A stretch of DNA of 61,900 nt, counting the filler, from Candidatus Zapsychrus exili (GTDB lineage: Bacteria; Omnitrophota; Gorgyraeia; Zapsychrales; Zapsychraceae), in NCBI GenBank assembly GCA_030765585.1. It is 7 parts of 7 records of this genome, joined end to end, with 100 filler letters (N's around TTAATTAATTAA, not from the genome) between each part and the next. Parts side by side here need not be neighbours in the genome. Positions count along the whole stretch, not along the records: positions 9,305 to 15,975 come from JAVCCJ010000031.1; positions 16,076 to 32,911 come from JAVCCJ010000037.1; 5 more parts are not named here. One strand, given 5' to 3'. Below are positions 9,205 through 18,592 of this stretch, one piece after another (the first letter of the stretch is position 1; each line of letters opens with the position of its first letter). Both the position numbers and the translations under genes were made by a program. Below the pieces are notes generated by a model that had not been told where the DNA came from, did not search any database, and was given only the letters and a program-made list of their open reading frames with translations.

Positions 9205-9304
9205 NNNNNNNNNNNNNNNNNNNNNNNNNNNNNNNNNNNNNNNNNNNNTTAATTAATTAANNNNNNNNNNNNNNNNNNNNNNNNNNNNNNNNNNNNNNNN
9301 NNNN
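9205..9304. other. Artificial contig linker
   Basis: N run + TTAATTAATTAA + N run. Confidence 0.98.
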
Positions 9305-9339
9305 CGCAAACTTTGGGAGCGACCTGAGAGTTCGAAGGA

Positions 9340-9445
9340 AGGGCAAGAATAGAATAAATAGATTGATTCAATATGGGTAATATGATAACATTAAAGCCTG
9401 AGTTAAGCAGCTTTGGTGGGAAGCCGAAGCTGCTTTCTTGTTTTT
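9340..9445 (+). promoter_or_regulatory. Repeated promoter-hairpin module, copy A
   Basis: TTGATT(9363)-N17-TAACAT(9386), then hairpin AAGCAGCTTTGG-tgggaag-CCGAAGCTGCTT and a T-rich tail. Confidence 0.75.
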
Positions 9446-9462
9446 AAAAGGAGAAGTATATA

Positions 9463-11091
9463 ATGCAAAACGTAAAACTAACTGTCAAAAATTATCGTTG
9501 TTTTTCAGAAGAAAATCCTGTATCTATAAATATAGATAAAGGTTTTACATCTTTCATAGGTCCAAATAATTCTGGTAAATCTTCAATCCTTAGATTAATA
9601 TATGAAATCAGAAGTATTCTTAACTATGTTACTCAACAAGGAAATGGAGGAAATTACATAGAAAACGAACCGCTATGCACATTTAATCTCGCAGAAAGTA
9701 TTGGTTTATTAGGTGTTCCAGATTTTGACGAGATATTCTGCAATTCTAACAGTTCAAATGTTGTACTTGAATTTAGCCTGAATCCTTACGAATTAAAAGA
9801 TTCTAAGTATCCGGTTTTAACAATGTTAAAATTTGAGTTTGAAAGAAAGCGCCCATATAAATGCTCTATATTTTACAAGTGGACACCAAGAATAGTAGAC
9901 AACCCCAGAGAAGGGCAGCATATTGTAACAAAGGAAGAAAATTTAATAAGAGGGGGCACCATAATAGCAAACTGCAGCCAAATCTTTACGACAATAAAAC
10001 AACTTGCTAATACCATCTACATAGGTGCATTTCGTAATGCAATCAACAAGGGTGCGGGTAAATATTTTGATATTGATATTGGAACAGGTTTTATATCTAC
10101 ATGGAATTCATGGAAAACGGGTTCGCTAAAAGAAAAAAATAGAAAAATCATTAGTGTCACTAATGATATAAGGCGTCTTCTAGGTTTTAAAACTTTAGAA
10201 ATTAGTGCTTCTGATAATAAAGAAACTCTGCAAATAACTATCGACGGCAAGCCATATCTATTAAGAGAAGTTGGTTCTGGCATAGCTCAACTAATTGTTG
10301 TATTAGCAAACGCTGCAATTCAAGAACCTGCTTATATTCTTATTGATGAGCCCGAACTAAATCTGCACCCGTCTTTACAATCAGACTTCCTTATGAGCCT
10401 TGCTGCATATGCAAAGGAAGGCATATTGTACGCAACACATTCTTTAGGGTTAGCTCGAGCACATTCAGAGAGAGTCTATTCTGTTAGAGTTGTAGACAAT
10501 AAACACATAGTAAGACTTTTAGAAAATACGCCACGGTATGCAGAATTTATAGGCGAAATGGGTTTTGCAAGCTATAAAGAGATGGGGTTTGAAGTTATAT
10601 TACTCGTTGAAGGCGTTCAAGACGTTAAAACATCAATTCAATTTTTAAGAAAATTGCATATAGACCATCAAGTTGTGGTTATCCCGCTTGGTGGTGACGC
10701 TCTAGCAAGCGGTGGTAGGGAACAAGAACTTGATGAACTTTTGAGAATTACAAAAAAAATATTTGCACTTGTCGATAGTGAACGAGGAGCTAAAGGACAA
10801 CCACCAAAGAAAGAGCGTGTAAGATTTGAAAAAGTATGCAAAACATTAGGCATAACAGCTTGCCTTACTGAGCGTAGAGCTATTGAAAACTATCTTAGTG
10901 GCAAAGCAATTAAAGCAGAGAAAGGACCTAAGTACAACGCCTTAGCTCCATATGAAAAACGTGGGAGCAATCCTTTGTCTTGGGGCAAGCCAGAAAATTG
11001 GCGTATTGCAGCTAGAATGGATTGGACCGAAATAGAATCAACAGATGTGGGCAAATTTTTTCTTACTCTAAAGAAAAAATTGCTACCTTAA
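9463..11091 (+). CDS. OLD-like ATP-dependent nuclease (ABC ATPase + TOPRIM), probable defence protein
   Basis: Walker A GPNNSGKS, ILIDEPELNLHP, ATHS, TOPRIM LLVEGVQD..LGG..LVDSE, ERRAIENY. Confidence 0.85.
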   Translation: MQNVKLTVKNYRCFSEENPVSINIDKGFTSFIGPNNSGKSSILRLIYEIRSILNYVTQQGNGGNYIENEPLCTFNLAESIGLLGVPDFDEIFCNSNSSNVVLEFSLNPYELKDSKYPVLTMLKFEFERKRPYKCSIFYKWTPRIVDNPREGQHIVTKEENLIRGGTIIANCSQIFTTIKQLANTIYIGAFRNAINKGAGKYFDIDIGTGFISTWNSWKTGSLKEKNRKIISVTNDIRRLLGFKTLEISASDNKETLQITIDGKPYLLREVGSGIAQLIVVLANAAIQEPAYILIDEPELNLHPSLQSDFLMSLAAYAKEGILYATHSLGLARAHSERVYSVRVVDNKHIVRLLENTPRYAEFIGEMGFASYKEMGFEVILLVEGVQDVKTSIQFLRKLHIDHQVVVIPLGGDALASGGREQELDELLRITKKIFALVDSERGAKGQPPKKERVRFEKVCKTLGITACLTERRAIENYLSGKAIKAEKGPKYNALAPYEKRGSNPLSWGKPENWRIAARMDWTEIESTDVGKFFLTLKKKLLP

Positions 11092-11097
11092 ATAAAA

Positions 11098-11220
11098 GGA
11101 CACACTACTTAATTCAGGCAGGGCAAAAATAGAATAAATAGATTGATTCAATATGGCGGATATGGTAGCATATTTACAGCCCTAACAGCTTGGGTGGAAA
11201 ACAGAAGCTGTTATTTTGTT
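11098..11220 (+). promoter_or_regulatory. Repeated promoter-hairpin module, copy B
   Basis: ACACTACTTAATTCAG, then TTGATT(11143)-N17-TAGCAT(11166), then hairpin AACAGCTT..AAGCTGTT and a T-rich tail. Confidence 0.75.
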
Positions 11221-11237
11221 AACAAAATAGGAAATAC

Positions 11238-13103
11238 TTGAATATGAAAATTATGTCATTTGAAATAAAAAATTTTCGTTCGATAAAAGATAGTGGTGCT
11301 TGCTACGTATCAGGTGATAAAATTACTATTTTAGCTGGTAAAAATGAGTCAGGTAAAACAGCGATATTAGAAGCTCTAGAGGATTTTAGCACAGAGAGGG
11401 AAATAAGGAAAGAGGCAATCAACATCCATAATCGAGAAGCCAAGCCTGAAATAGCAGTAACGTTTCAAATTGAAAAAAGGACTCTTAATGAAATTTTTGG
11501 CGAAATAAATCTTGCGATAAAAGCACCTAAAATAGTCAATGTGAAAATTATTAAAGATTATCCGGCAAAATATTCGTTTTCGGAAGAGACAATAAAATCA
11601 ATAGGCATAAAAGATGAGAGGCTCTTAAAGATCAAAGGGAAGGAAATAGCTAATTCTTACAAAAAGATTAAAGATATTCATGAAGAATTTCCACAGATTA
11701 GCGGTACTTTTCCAGAACTAAATCCAGACGATATTCTTAGCTTAAAGCCCCAACTTGAGAATTTTTTTAACGAGATAGAACCCAACTTAATACAAATCAC
11801 AAATGAAGAAAAAAAAGAGAATTTTGCACAAGGAATTAAAAATATAGTAACTCTAATTATAGAGATAGAAGTGATACAAAGCGCAGAAGAAAAACTCTTA
11901 AATGAAATAAAGCAGTGGATACCAAATTTTATTTTGTTTAGTTCTTTTAATGATATCTTTCCGTCAAAAATCCCTTTCTCTGAAGCTGTAGATAATGACT
12001 TGATTAAGGATTTATGTGATGTTAGTAATTTAAACTTAGCACTAATTCAATCCGATGAGACACCTTCTAAAATGAAACATAAGGAGAACCTAAACTTAAA
12101 AATAAAAGAAGATTATAGCAAGTTTTGGTCTCAGGATTTTACTAACTTGCATATAGATTGGGATTCTCAAAACTTATATTTCTATATTAAAGATGAAGAT
12201 GGGGAATTCTATCCTCATGATTATAGGAGCAGAGGAAAACAATGGCATTTAGCATTTTATATAAGAATTTCTGCAAGAGCAAAAGAAGACGTGCCCAATA
12301 TTATATTAATTGATGAGCCAGGACTATTTCTTCACGCTAAGGCTCAAAAAGACATTCTCAAGAAACTTGAATATGAAACTAAGAATGTTCCAATAATTTT
12401 TTCCACACATTCACCATTTTTAATTAAAACAGACAATCTTAGTAGGATTCGCTTGATTTCACGTACACCTAAAAGAGGTACTGTCATTTCAGATAAAATA
12501 CATAAAGGCGCTGATAAAGAAACACTCACTCCAATAATTACAGCAATAGGTTTAGACTTATCTATAGGGCTTGATGTAGCAAAAGATAACAATATTATTC
12601 TTGAGGGAATAACAGATTACTACTACTTATTAGCACTTAAAGAATTACTGGGGTTTAAATTTAAAAAAAGTGTGCATTTTATTCCTGGAGTTGGAGCGGA
12701 TAAGCTTAATCTTTTAGTTTCATTAATGATTGGGTGGAAATTAACTTACTGTGCAGTTTTTGATAACGATAAAAAAGGAAGGGATGCGAACGCTAAGCTA
12801 TTAAAAGCTTTCAAACAAGCAGATATCAAAACAATGCTAGTGTCTGAAAATAGCGGTGAAGAAATAGAGGATTTATTTACAAAAGAAGATTTTGTGCAAT
12901 ACGTTTTGGATGAAAAACCAGACCCAGCTTTAACCAAGATGAAAAATTCCGAAATCGTTAAACAGAAACACAAAAACTACGATACGGCCTTGCTAGCAAA
13001 GTTATTTTATGAAAAAATAAACAACGGGAGCATCTCTCTTACGGTAGAGACTAAAGAGCGCTTTGAAAAGCTTTTAAGCAAAATAAACATAGTGATGTTC
13101 TAA
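11238..13103 (+). CDS. OLD-like ATP-dependent nuclease (ABC ATPase + TOPRIM), probable defence protein
   Basis: IKNFRSI, Walker A GKNESGKT, ILIDEPGLFLH, STHSPF, TOPRIM ILEGITD..GA..VFDND, EIEDLF. Confidence 0.85.
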   Translation: MNMKIMSFEIKNFRSIKDSGACYVSGDKITILAGKNESGKTAILEALEDFSTEREIRKEAINIHNREAKPEIAVTFQIEKRTLNEIFGEINLAIKAPKIVNVKIIKDYPAKYSFSEETIKSIGIKDERLLKIKGKEIANSYKKIKDIHEEFPQISGTFPELNPDDILSLKPQLENFFNEIEPNLIQITNEEKKENFAQGIKNIVTLIIEIEVIQSAEEKLLNEIKQWIPNFILFSSFNDIFPSKIPFSEAVDNDLIKDLCDVSNLNLALIQSDETPSKMKHKENLNLKIKEDYSKFWSQDFTNLHIDWDSQNLYFYIKDEDGEFYPHDYRSRGKQWHLAFYIRISARAKEDVPNIILIDEPGLFLHAKAQKDILKKLEYETKNVPIIFSTHSPFLIKTDNLSRIRLISRTPKRGTVISDKIHKGADKETLTPIITAIGLDLSIGLDVAKDNNIILEGITDYYYLLALKELLGFKFKKSVHFIPGVGADKLNLLVSLMIGWKLTYCAVFDNDKKGRDANAKLLKAFKQADIKTMLVSENSGEEIEDLFTKEDFVQYVLDEKPDPALTKMKNSEIVKQKHKNYDTALLAKLFYEKINNGSISLTVETKERFEKLLSKINIVMF

Positions 13104-13240
13104 AAAAGCACCCTCAATCCATGCCTCTTAAGCAAGCCCTTATTATTGTTCCGATTTAAATTACCTAAAACTTCTATCGTCTCATTATACAAAGCAATTT
13201 AAAGAGGCTTGACTTAAGTCTCTTTATAATCAAAAAATAA

Positions 13241-13371
13241 GGGGAGACACTACTTAATTCAGCAAGCATAAGAGTAGCACAATAAATAGATTGATTCAAT
13301 ATGGCGGATATGGTAACATATAAGTCTAAGTTAAGCAGCTTTGGAGAACAACCAAAGTTGCTTTTTTGTTT
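13241..13371 (+). promoter_or_regulatory. Repeated promoter-hairpin module, copy C
   Basis: ACACTACTTAATTCAG, then TTGATT(13291)-N17-TAACAT(13314), then hairpin AAGCAGCTTTGG-agaacaa-CCAAAGTTGCTT and a T tract. Confidence 0.75.
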
Positions 13372-13536
13372 GAAAGAGGGGAAAAGAAAACCAGATTTGT
13401 TAAAAAAAGATATAAAATTCACGAAAATTCGTGCTTAGGGTACCCCTTTTAGGGTCGCCCCCTTTATATCACTAAACAAAATTGGAAACACTTCTTAAAT
13501 ATAAATATTTTATATACGGCTAAAACAGGGGATAAA

Positions 13537-14673
13537 ATGAAAAAACGCACCGAAATAGATGATAGTATAATGAGCACCACTTTAAAGTTTAGTGACGATA
13601 GTGATATGGAGCAAACGCAAGTCGGCATACCCAAAGAAGAAAGAGTACTTAGAACACAAGCTTACGATAAAAGCGTAAGTGATATTGTAGACATGATTAA
13701 AAGCAACGACGTAATACTAAACCCAGAATATCAAAGGAATTATGTTTGGAATAGTAAAAAAGCATCTTTGCTCGTAGAATCAATCCTACTTAATGTGCCA
13801 ATACCCATTATTTATGTTTCTGAAGAAGAAGATGGTCGTTGGAGTGTAGTAGATGGATTACAACGGCTGAATTCCCTAAGAAGATACTTTGGCAACGAAT
13901 TTAAGCTAACCGGACTTGAAGTGCTTCAAGAATTAAATGGCTCGCAATATTATAAGCTAAACCCAAAAGCTCAAAGACTGCTAAGGAACGGGATTCTCAG
14001 GATAATTCTAATCTTCAAGGAATCTAATCCTGAAATCAAATATGACATATTCATGAGACTTAACAAAAGCTCCATACAACTCAATGATCAAGAATTGCGA
14101 AATTGTCTATACAGGGGGGAATTTAATGATTTACTAAAAAACTTAGCTTTAAATTCAAATTTTTTAGCTATGCTACGTTTAAAAAAACCTCACAAAAGAA
14201 TGCGTGATTCTGAAATGATTCTACGATACCTTGCTGTTGCAGATGATTATAATAGTGAACATGGCAAAATGAAAACATACAAAGGTAGCATGAGAACATT
14301 TTTAAATACGTATATGGGCGAAATGAAAAACGCATCGAGTGACACTATTGTTATGTTAAAAGATAGGTTCGAAAATACCATACTTAAAGTTCATGCCGTT
14401 TTTGGGAATAATGCTTTCCGTAGAATTGATAGTAGCGGCAAATTTGACAGTGCGGTCAACAGAGCTATTGCAGATTTCATAATGACAACTTTTGAAAATT
14501 TTGAATACGATGCTCTTGTTTCAAATAAACAAAAAATCATTAGCGCTCTGAGAAACATAATAATGGAAGATACAAAATTTTCTGAATCAGTCAGCTTTGG
14601 TACTTCTGATACACAAAAACTGGAATATCGCTTGTCAGTATGGTCTAAACAATTGCAAAGTTTGCTAAAATAA
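13537..14673 (+). CDS. DUF262 (ParB/Srx-like) domain protein
   Basis: PEYQRNYVW, SLLVESILLNVPIP, VVDGLQRL, IFMRLN motifs. Confidence 0.9.
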   Translation: MKKRTEIDDSIMSTTLKFSDDSDMEQTQVGIPKEERVLRTQAYDKSVSDIVDMIKSNDVILNPEYQRNYVWNSKKASLLVESILLNVPIPIIYVSEEEDGRWSVVDGLQRLNSLRRYFGNEFKLTGLEVLQELNGSQYYKLNPKAQRLLRNGILRIILIFKESNPEIKYDIFMRLNKSSIQLNDQELRNCLYRGEFNDLLKNLALNSNFLAMLRLKKPHKRMRDSEMILRYLAVADDYNSEHGKMKTYKGSMRTFLNTYMGEMKNASSDTIVMLKDRFENTILKVHAVFGNNAFRRIDSSGKFDSAVNRAIADFIMTTFENFEYDALVSNKQKIISALRNIIMEDTKFSESVSFGTSDTQKLEYRLSVWSKQLQSLLK

Positions 14674-14683
14674 TGTTTTACAT

Positions 14684-15379
14684 ATGAAAATTGATTTTGA
14701 ATCTGAAAAAAAATTTCGCGAAGCGGTTGAAGAGGTGGAACTCCTAACATTTGTAGCTGAAGCATACGAAAGGGAAGAATTGTTATATGTTGTATGTAAT
14801 AAATCCGCCCTGTTATTATTAATTGCAAAATTCGAAGCTTTTGTTGTGAACATTATATGCGAATATATTGTCCTTATTAACAAATTAAATTTAGGCACTA
14901 GGCATATCCCCACCGCTCTAAAGCTCAAACACACATTCAGTAAAATAGGTAACGTTGACTACCTAAAACATCCCCATAAAACTACTGAGGCTATAAAAAT
15001 ATTTCAAGATATCGGCTTGCTATGGATAAAAGAAAAAAAATTTAATAAGCTGCAAATAGATTCTAAATTTAGTTTTGGTAAACATGGTAGCAAAGAAATT
15101 GACAATCTATTTCATGAAACCGGATTACATGATATTTTCTCAAATATAAAAATATACAAAAAAACATCTTCGGCGCTTGGTTCAAGTCATAACGAAAAAA
15201 TAGATTTTAAAGGCATGCTAAATTCAGTAGTTTGTATAAGAAATGGCATTATTCATGAAGATGCAACTCCTAGTTTAACTCATCTTGATATAAATGAATA
15301 TACAACCAGGTTTATGCAGTTCAGTTATAAGCTAACTATTTTTTTAAGAAAAAAAATAGTACAACTGGCAAAACATTAG
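14684..15379 (+). CDS. HEPN-domain nuclease (MAE_28990/RiboL-PSP-like), partner of DUF262
   Basis: SALLLLIAKFEAFV helix and Rx4H motif RNGIIH; 10 bp after the DUF262 gene. Confidence 0.75.
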   Translation: MKIDFESEKKFREAVEEVELLTFVAEAYEREELLYVVCNKSALLLLIAKFEAFVVNIICEYIVLINKLNLGTRHIPTALKLKHTFSKIGNVDYLKHPHKTTEAIKIFQDIGLLWIKEKKFNKLQIDSKFSFGKHGSKEIDNLFHETGLHDIFSNIKIYKKTSSALGSSHNEKIDFKGMLNSVVCIRNGIIHEDATPSLTHLDINEYTTRFMQFSYKLTIFLRKKIVQLAKH

Positions 15380-15699
15380 CTTGAAAACATAAATATAAGG
15401 CATAAAGCAAAAAAGGCTTAACTTTGAGCCTCTTTATAATCATATAGCAAGAGAAAATATGTGGTGAAAATAGGCCTTATTTATCATATCCGGTATCATG
15501 ATCTTAGCCTGCATTATCAGCACTACCATTGATTGAATAAAAGGGAAGACAGGGCCTTTTGGGCCTAATCCAATGGACTGGTGGGGCTGCCGGAATCTTT
15601 ACAATCCTGCTGCTTTTGCTGATGTACTGGCTCAGCAAGAAACTCTTCTAAGCACAAAAAACCCACTTGACAATACAGAAGATATAATGTATATTAGTT

Positions 15700-15975
15700 A
15701 TGGGCATATGCTTAAAAGAACTAGGGGGTATGGTAGTGGGTAGAAAGCCAATAGGGAGACCTATAAAGACAAGATACATCAAAGCAGAACCGGAGATAAT
15801 ACAGTTCAGCCCAAGAGGCCGGCCTGGAAGACCTGATGAGGTTGAGCTTTCTATGGATCAATATGAGGCATTAAGATTAGCGGATCATAAGATGGTGCCG
15901 CATAACGCTGCTGGCAAGATCATGGGAATCTCGCGCCAGACATTTGAAAGAATACTTAAGAAAGCCAGAAACAAA
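15700..15975 (+). CDS. DUF134 DNA-binding protein, 3' truncated, start uncertain
   Basis: GRP.K.R.I...P....FSP.G..EALRLAD...AGKIMGISRQTFERILKKAR. Confidence 0.8.
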
Positions 15976-16075
15976 NNNNNNNNNNNNNNNNNNNNNNNNN
16001 NNNNNNNNNNNNNNNNNNNTTAATTAATTAANNNNNNNNNNNNNNNNNNNNNNNNNNNNNNNNNNNNNNNNNNNN
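15976..16075. other. Artificial contig linker
   Basis: N run + TTAATTAATTAA + N run. Confidence 0.98.
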
Positions 16076-17005
16076 AATAAAGCAAATCCTATAAGGAGAG
16101 CATCTCTTAATTTAAGAAATAATTTAAAAAAAGTATTGGAAGACAATCTTACTGAGAATGAGTCTGGAATTATGAAAGCAGTGCTTTTAGGATCGCGATC
16201 TCAGATTAAGAAACATATACGCGAACTATTTGCGCAGACAGGTACAGCGCATATTTTAGCTATTAGCGGACTTCATATAGGAATTGTTGCAGCTTTATTT
16301 TTAGTGTTCATTAAAATGTTTCCTTTCTCAAGGCGATTACAGATTTTTATTACAATTTTTCTTTTAGTTGTTTATTCGTTTTTAACAGGAGGCAGGCCAT
16401 CTGTTATCAGGGCAACTATTATTGCCGTTGTATTTTTATTTCAGTTTATTTTAGAAAAAGAGTCAGATGCGCTCAATACTTTAGCTTTAGCTGCTTTTGC
16501 GATACTTTTTGTTAATCCATTAAATATTTTTGATGTTGGGTTTCAGTTATCTTTTGTTTGCGTGTCTTCAATAATTTTCTTAACCCCGATTATAAAAGAA
16601 GTTATTTTAAAAATATTTGATTCGCACAAAAGGATTGTGCAGTCTTTGAGTATGTCAATTTCTGTTTGGATAGGTGTTTTAGGTCTTGTTGCGTATTATT
16701 TTAATATCATCTCCCCTATAACTGTTTTAGCAAATTTGATAGTGATACCGCTTATATCTTTAATAGTTGCTTTAGGTTTTGGGTTGTTAATTGTAGGTAG
16801 TTTATTGCCTTCTGCAGTATTTATGTTTGCTATTTGTATTAAGATTTCTCTTAATGCTCTAATCGTTTTTGTGTTTTTACTAAGCAAATCACCTTTCGCG
16901 TATTTTTATATAAAAGATGTAAGCTTGTGGACAGTCTGGGTTTATTATGGGATTGTTATATTTGCATTTCTTTACCTAAGATACTCTTTAGAACCTTCCG
17001 AGTAA
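16076..17005 (+). CDS. comEC: ComEC/Rec2 competence protein, 5' truncated
   Basis: GTAHILAISGLHIG, PSVIRA, DVGFQLSF; frame open to the contig edge. Confidence 0.9.
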   Translation, partial: NKANPIRRASLNLRNNLKKVLEDNLTENESGIMKAVLLGSRSQIKKHIRELFAQTGTAHILAISGLHIGIVAALFLVFIKMFPFSRRLQIFITIFLLVVYSFLTGGRPSVIRATIIAVVFLFQFILEKESDALNTLALAAFAILFVNPLNIFDVGFQLSFVCVSSIIFLTPIIKEVILKIFDSHKRIVQSLSMSISVWIGVLGLVAYYFNIISPITVLANLIVIPLISLIVALGFGLLIVGSLLPSAVFMFAICIKISLNALIVFVFLLSKSPFAYFYIKDVSLWTVWVYYGIVIFAFLYLRYSLEPSE

Positions 17006-17058
17006 GCCTTTCTGTCTATTAATTGACAAACCTACCTACCTGTGCTAAATTTGACGAT

Positions 17059-18015
17059 ATGAAAAGAACCTTTAATATTAGAATATTTCTAATAATATTA
17101 TTTATCTTATTACTTAGTATAGACGCATATGCTTTTTGGATGTGGACTCCAGAAACAAATAAGTGGGTTAATCCAAAGTATGCTGTAAAAGATACTCCGC
17201 AAGAGCAGCTAGAATATTCGCTTGAATTTTACAAAGTAAAAGAATATGAAGATGCATCTCGTGAGTTAAAGAAATTGCTTAAACATTATCCCCGTGCAAG
17301 ACAAGCCCCAGAAGCACAGTATTATTTAGGTATGGTTTTTGAAGGTCAGAGTAAGCCATATTTAGCTTTTAAAGAATATCAAATGGTTATCGATAAATAT
17401 CCTTTTAGTGATTTATCTTCAGAGATAATTAAAAAACAGTATGATCTTGGAATAGCGCTCTTAGAGGGTGAATTTGCTCATGGTGCATTTTTTAATGTTT
17501 TTGCAGATGATCATGATGTAATTGATATATTTCGTGCTGTTATTAAGAATGCTCCATATGGAGATTTAGCTTCTACGTCACAGTATAAAATAGGTTTATA
17601 TCTGCAAGAAAAAGGGCTTTATCAGGAATCACGCGATGAATTTGAAAAGGTTATAAATGATTATCCTGATAGCGAGTGGGCAAAGGCAGCAAAATATCAA
17701 ATAGCTAAGTCTGATGCAGAACGTTCCGCAGCAGCTCCTTATGATCAGAAAATAACTCAAGCAGCGGTTGAAGGATTTGAAGATTTCTTGAAAGATAATC
17801 CAGATGCAGAGCTTTCAAAAGACGCTAAAGAAAAAATTGGTCAATTGAGAGAAAAAGAGGCAGAGAATAGTTTTATAACGGCAAATTTCTATGCTAAACA
17901 AAGTAATTATAAGGCTGCTAAGATTTACTATAGAGTAGTTATAGATGAATATCCTGATTCAAAATGGGCGAAAGAAGCGTTAAAGAAAATACAAGAAGTT
18001 GGAGAGAAAGAATAG
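17059..18015 (+). CDS. bamD: Outer membrane assembly factor BamD-like TPR protein
   Basis: Signal peptide, TPR repeats with YP.S, YDQ..T..A...FE.F...P motif; upstream of lptE-holA. Confidence 0.75.
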   Translation: MKRTFNIRIFLIILFILLLSIDAYAFWMWTPETNKWVNPKYAVKDTPQEQLEYSLEFYKVKEYEDASRELKKLLKHYPRARQAPEAQYYLGMVFEGQSKPYLAFKEYQMVIDKYPFSDLSSEIIKKQYDLGIALLEGEFAHGAFFNVFADDHDVIDIFRAVIKNAPYGDLASTSQYKIGLYLQEKGLYQESRDEFEKVINDYPDSEWAKAAKYQIAKSDAERSAAAPYDQKITQAAVEGFEDFLKDNPDAELSKDAKEKIGQLREKEAENSFITANFYAKQSNYKAAKIYYRVVIDEYPDSKWAKEALKKIQEVGEKE

Positions 18016-18545
18016 TGAAAAAGTCAGCATATATATTTATGGCATTATTTTTAAGTTTTGTCTTATCCGCATGCGGATATACAACGCGTTCGACGTTACC
18101 AATCAGACTTAAGACTATTCATATTGAATCTTTTAAAAATAATATAAGTTATACTCAAGCCGGTAGACGAAATCTCTATTTGCCTATGTTAGAAATTGAT
18201 GTAAGAAATGCTATTATTGATAGATTTTTATTTAATGGAAATTTAAAAGTTACAGAACCTGATATGGCAGACTTAATTTTAAAAGGGGAACTTAGGAATT
18301 ATGAAAGACATGTTTTAAGGCATGATGATAATAATGATGTGGAGGAGTATAGAATCCAGATTACGGTCTCTTTAGCATTATTTGATGTAGAACAAGAATC
18401 AAATATGTGGACATTTCCAGGTTTTGTAGGAGAGACAACATATTATGTGTCAGGCATTAATGCCAAAACAGAAGAAGCGGCCTTAGATGCTGCAATAGAA
18501 GATTTATCTAGACGAATAGTAGAGCAGACAGTTGAATACTGGTAA
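18015..18545 (+). CDS. lptE: LptE-family LPS assembly lipoprotein
   Basis: Lipobox LSAC-GY, GTG start overlapping the bamD stop, upstream of holA. Confidence 0.75.
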   Translation: MKKSAYIFMALFLSFVLSACGYTTRSTLPIRLKTIHIESFKNNISYTQAGRRNLYLPMLEIDVRNAIIDRFLFNGNLKVTEPDMADLILKGELRNYERHVLRHDDNNDVEEYRIQITVSLALFDVEQESNMWTFPGFVGETTYYVSGINAKTEEAALDAAIEDLSRRIVEQTVEYW

Positions 18546-18592
18546 ACAAATACCTCTTTCGCTAAACACCACCTACTACCTACAACCTATTT

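Noticed and set aside
9205..9304. TTAATTAATTAA flanked by N runs, six times in the window
   Set aside because: Artificial all-frame-stop contig linker; ORFs running into X residues are truncations, and adjacency across linkers is not biological.
9340..13371. Classical integron attC or pdif sites as the explanation for the defence-island repeats
   Set aside because: No RYYYAAC..GTTRRRY boundaries or XerC/D arm consensus recognised; the repeats contain a promoter instead.
13174..13422. 82-aa minus-strand ORF across promoter module C
   Set aside because: No equivalent ORF in copies A and B and no recognisable motif; likely spurious.
15459..15651. Hydrophobic coding-like stretch ending ILLLLLMYWLSKKLF*
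   Set aside because: Multiple stops and frameshifts; possibly a decayed small membrane gene but cannot be supported.
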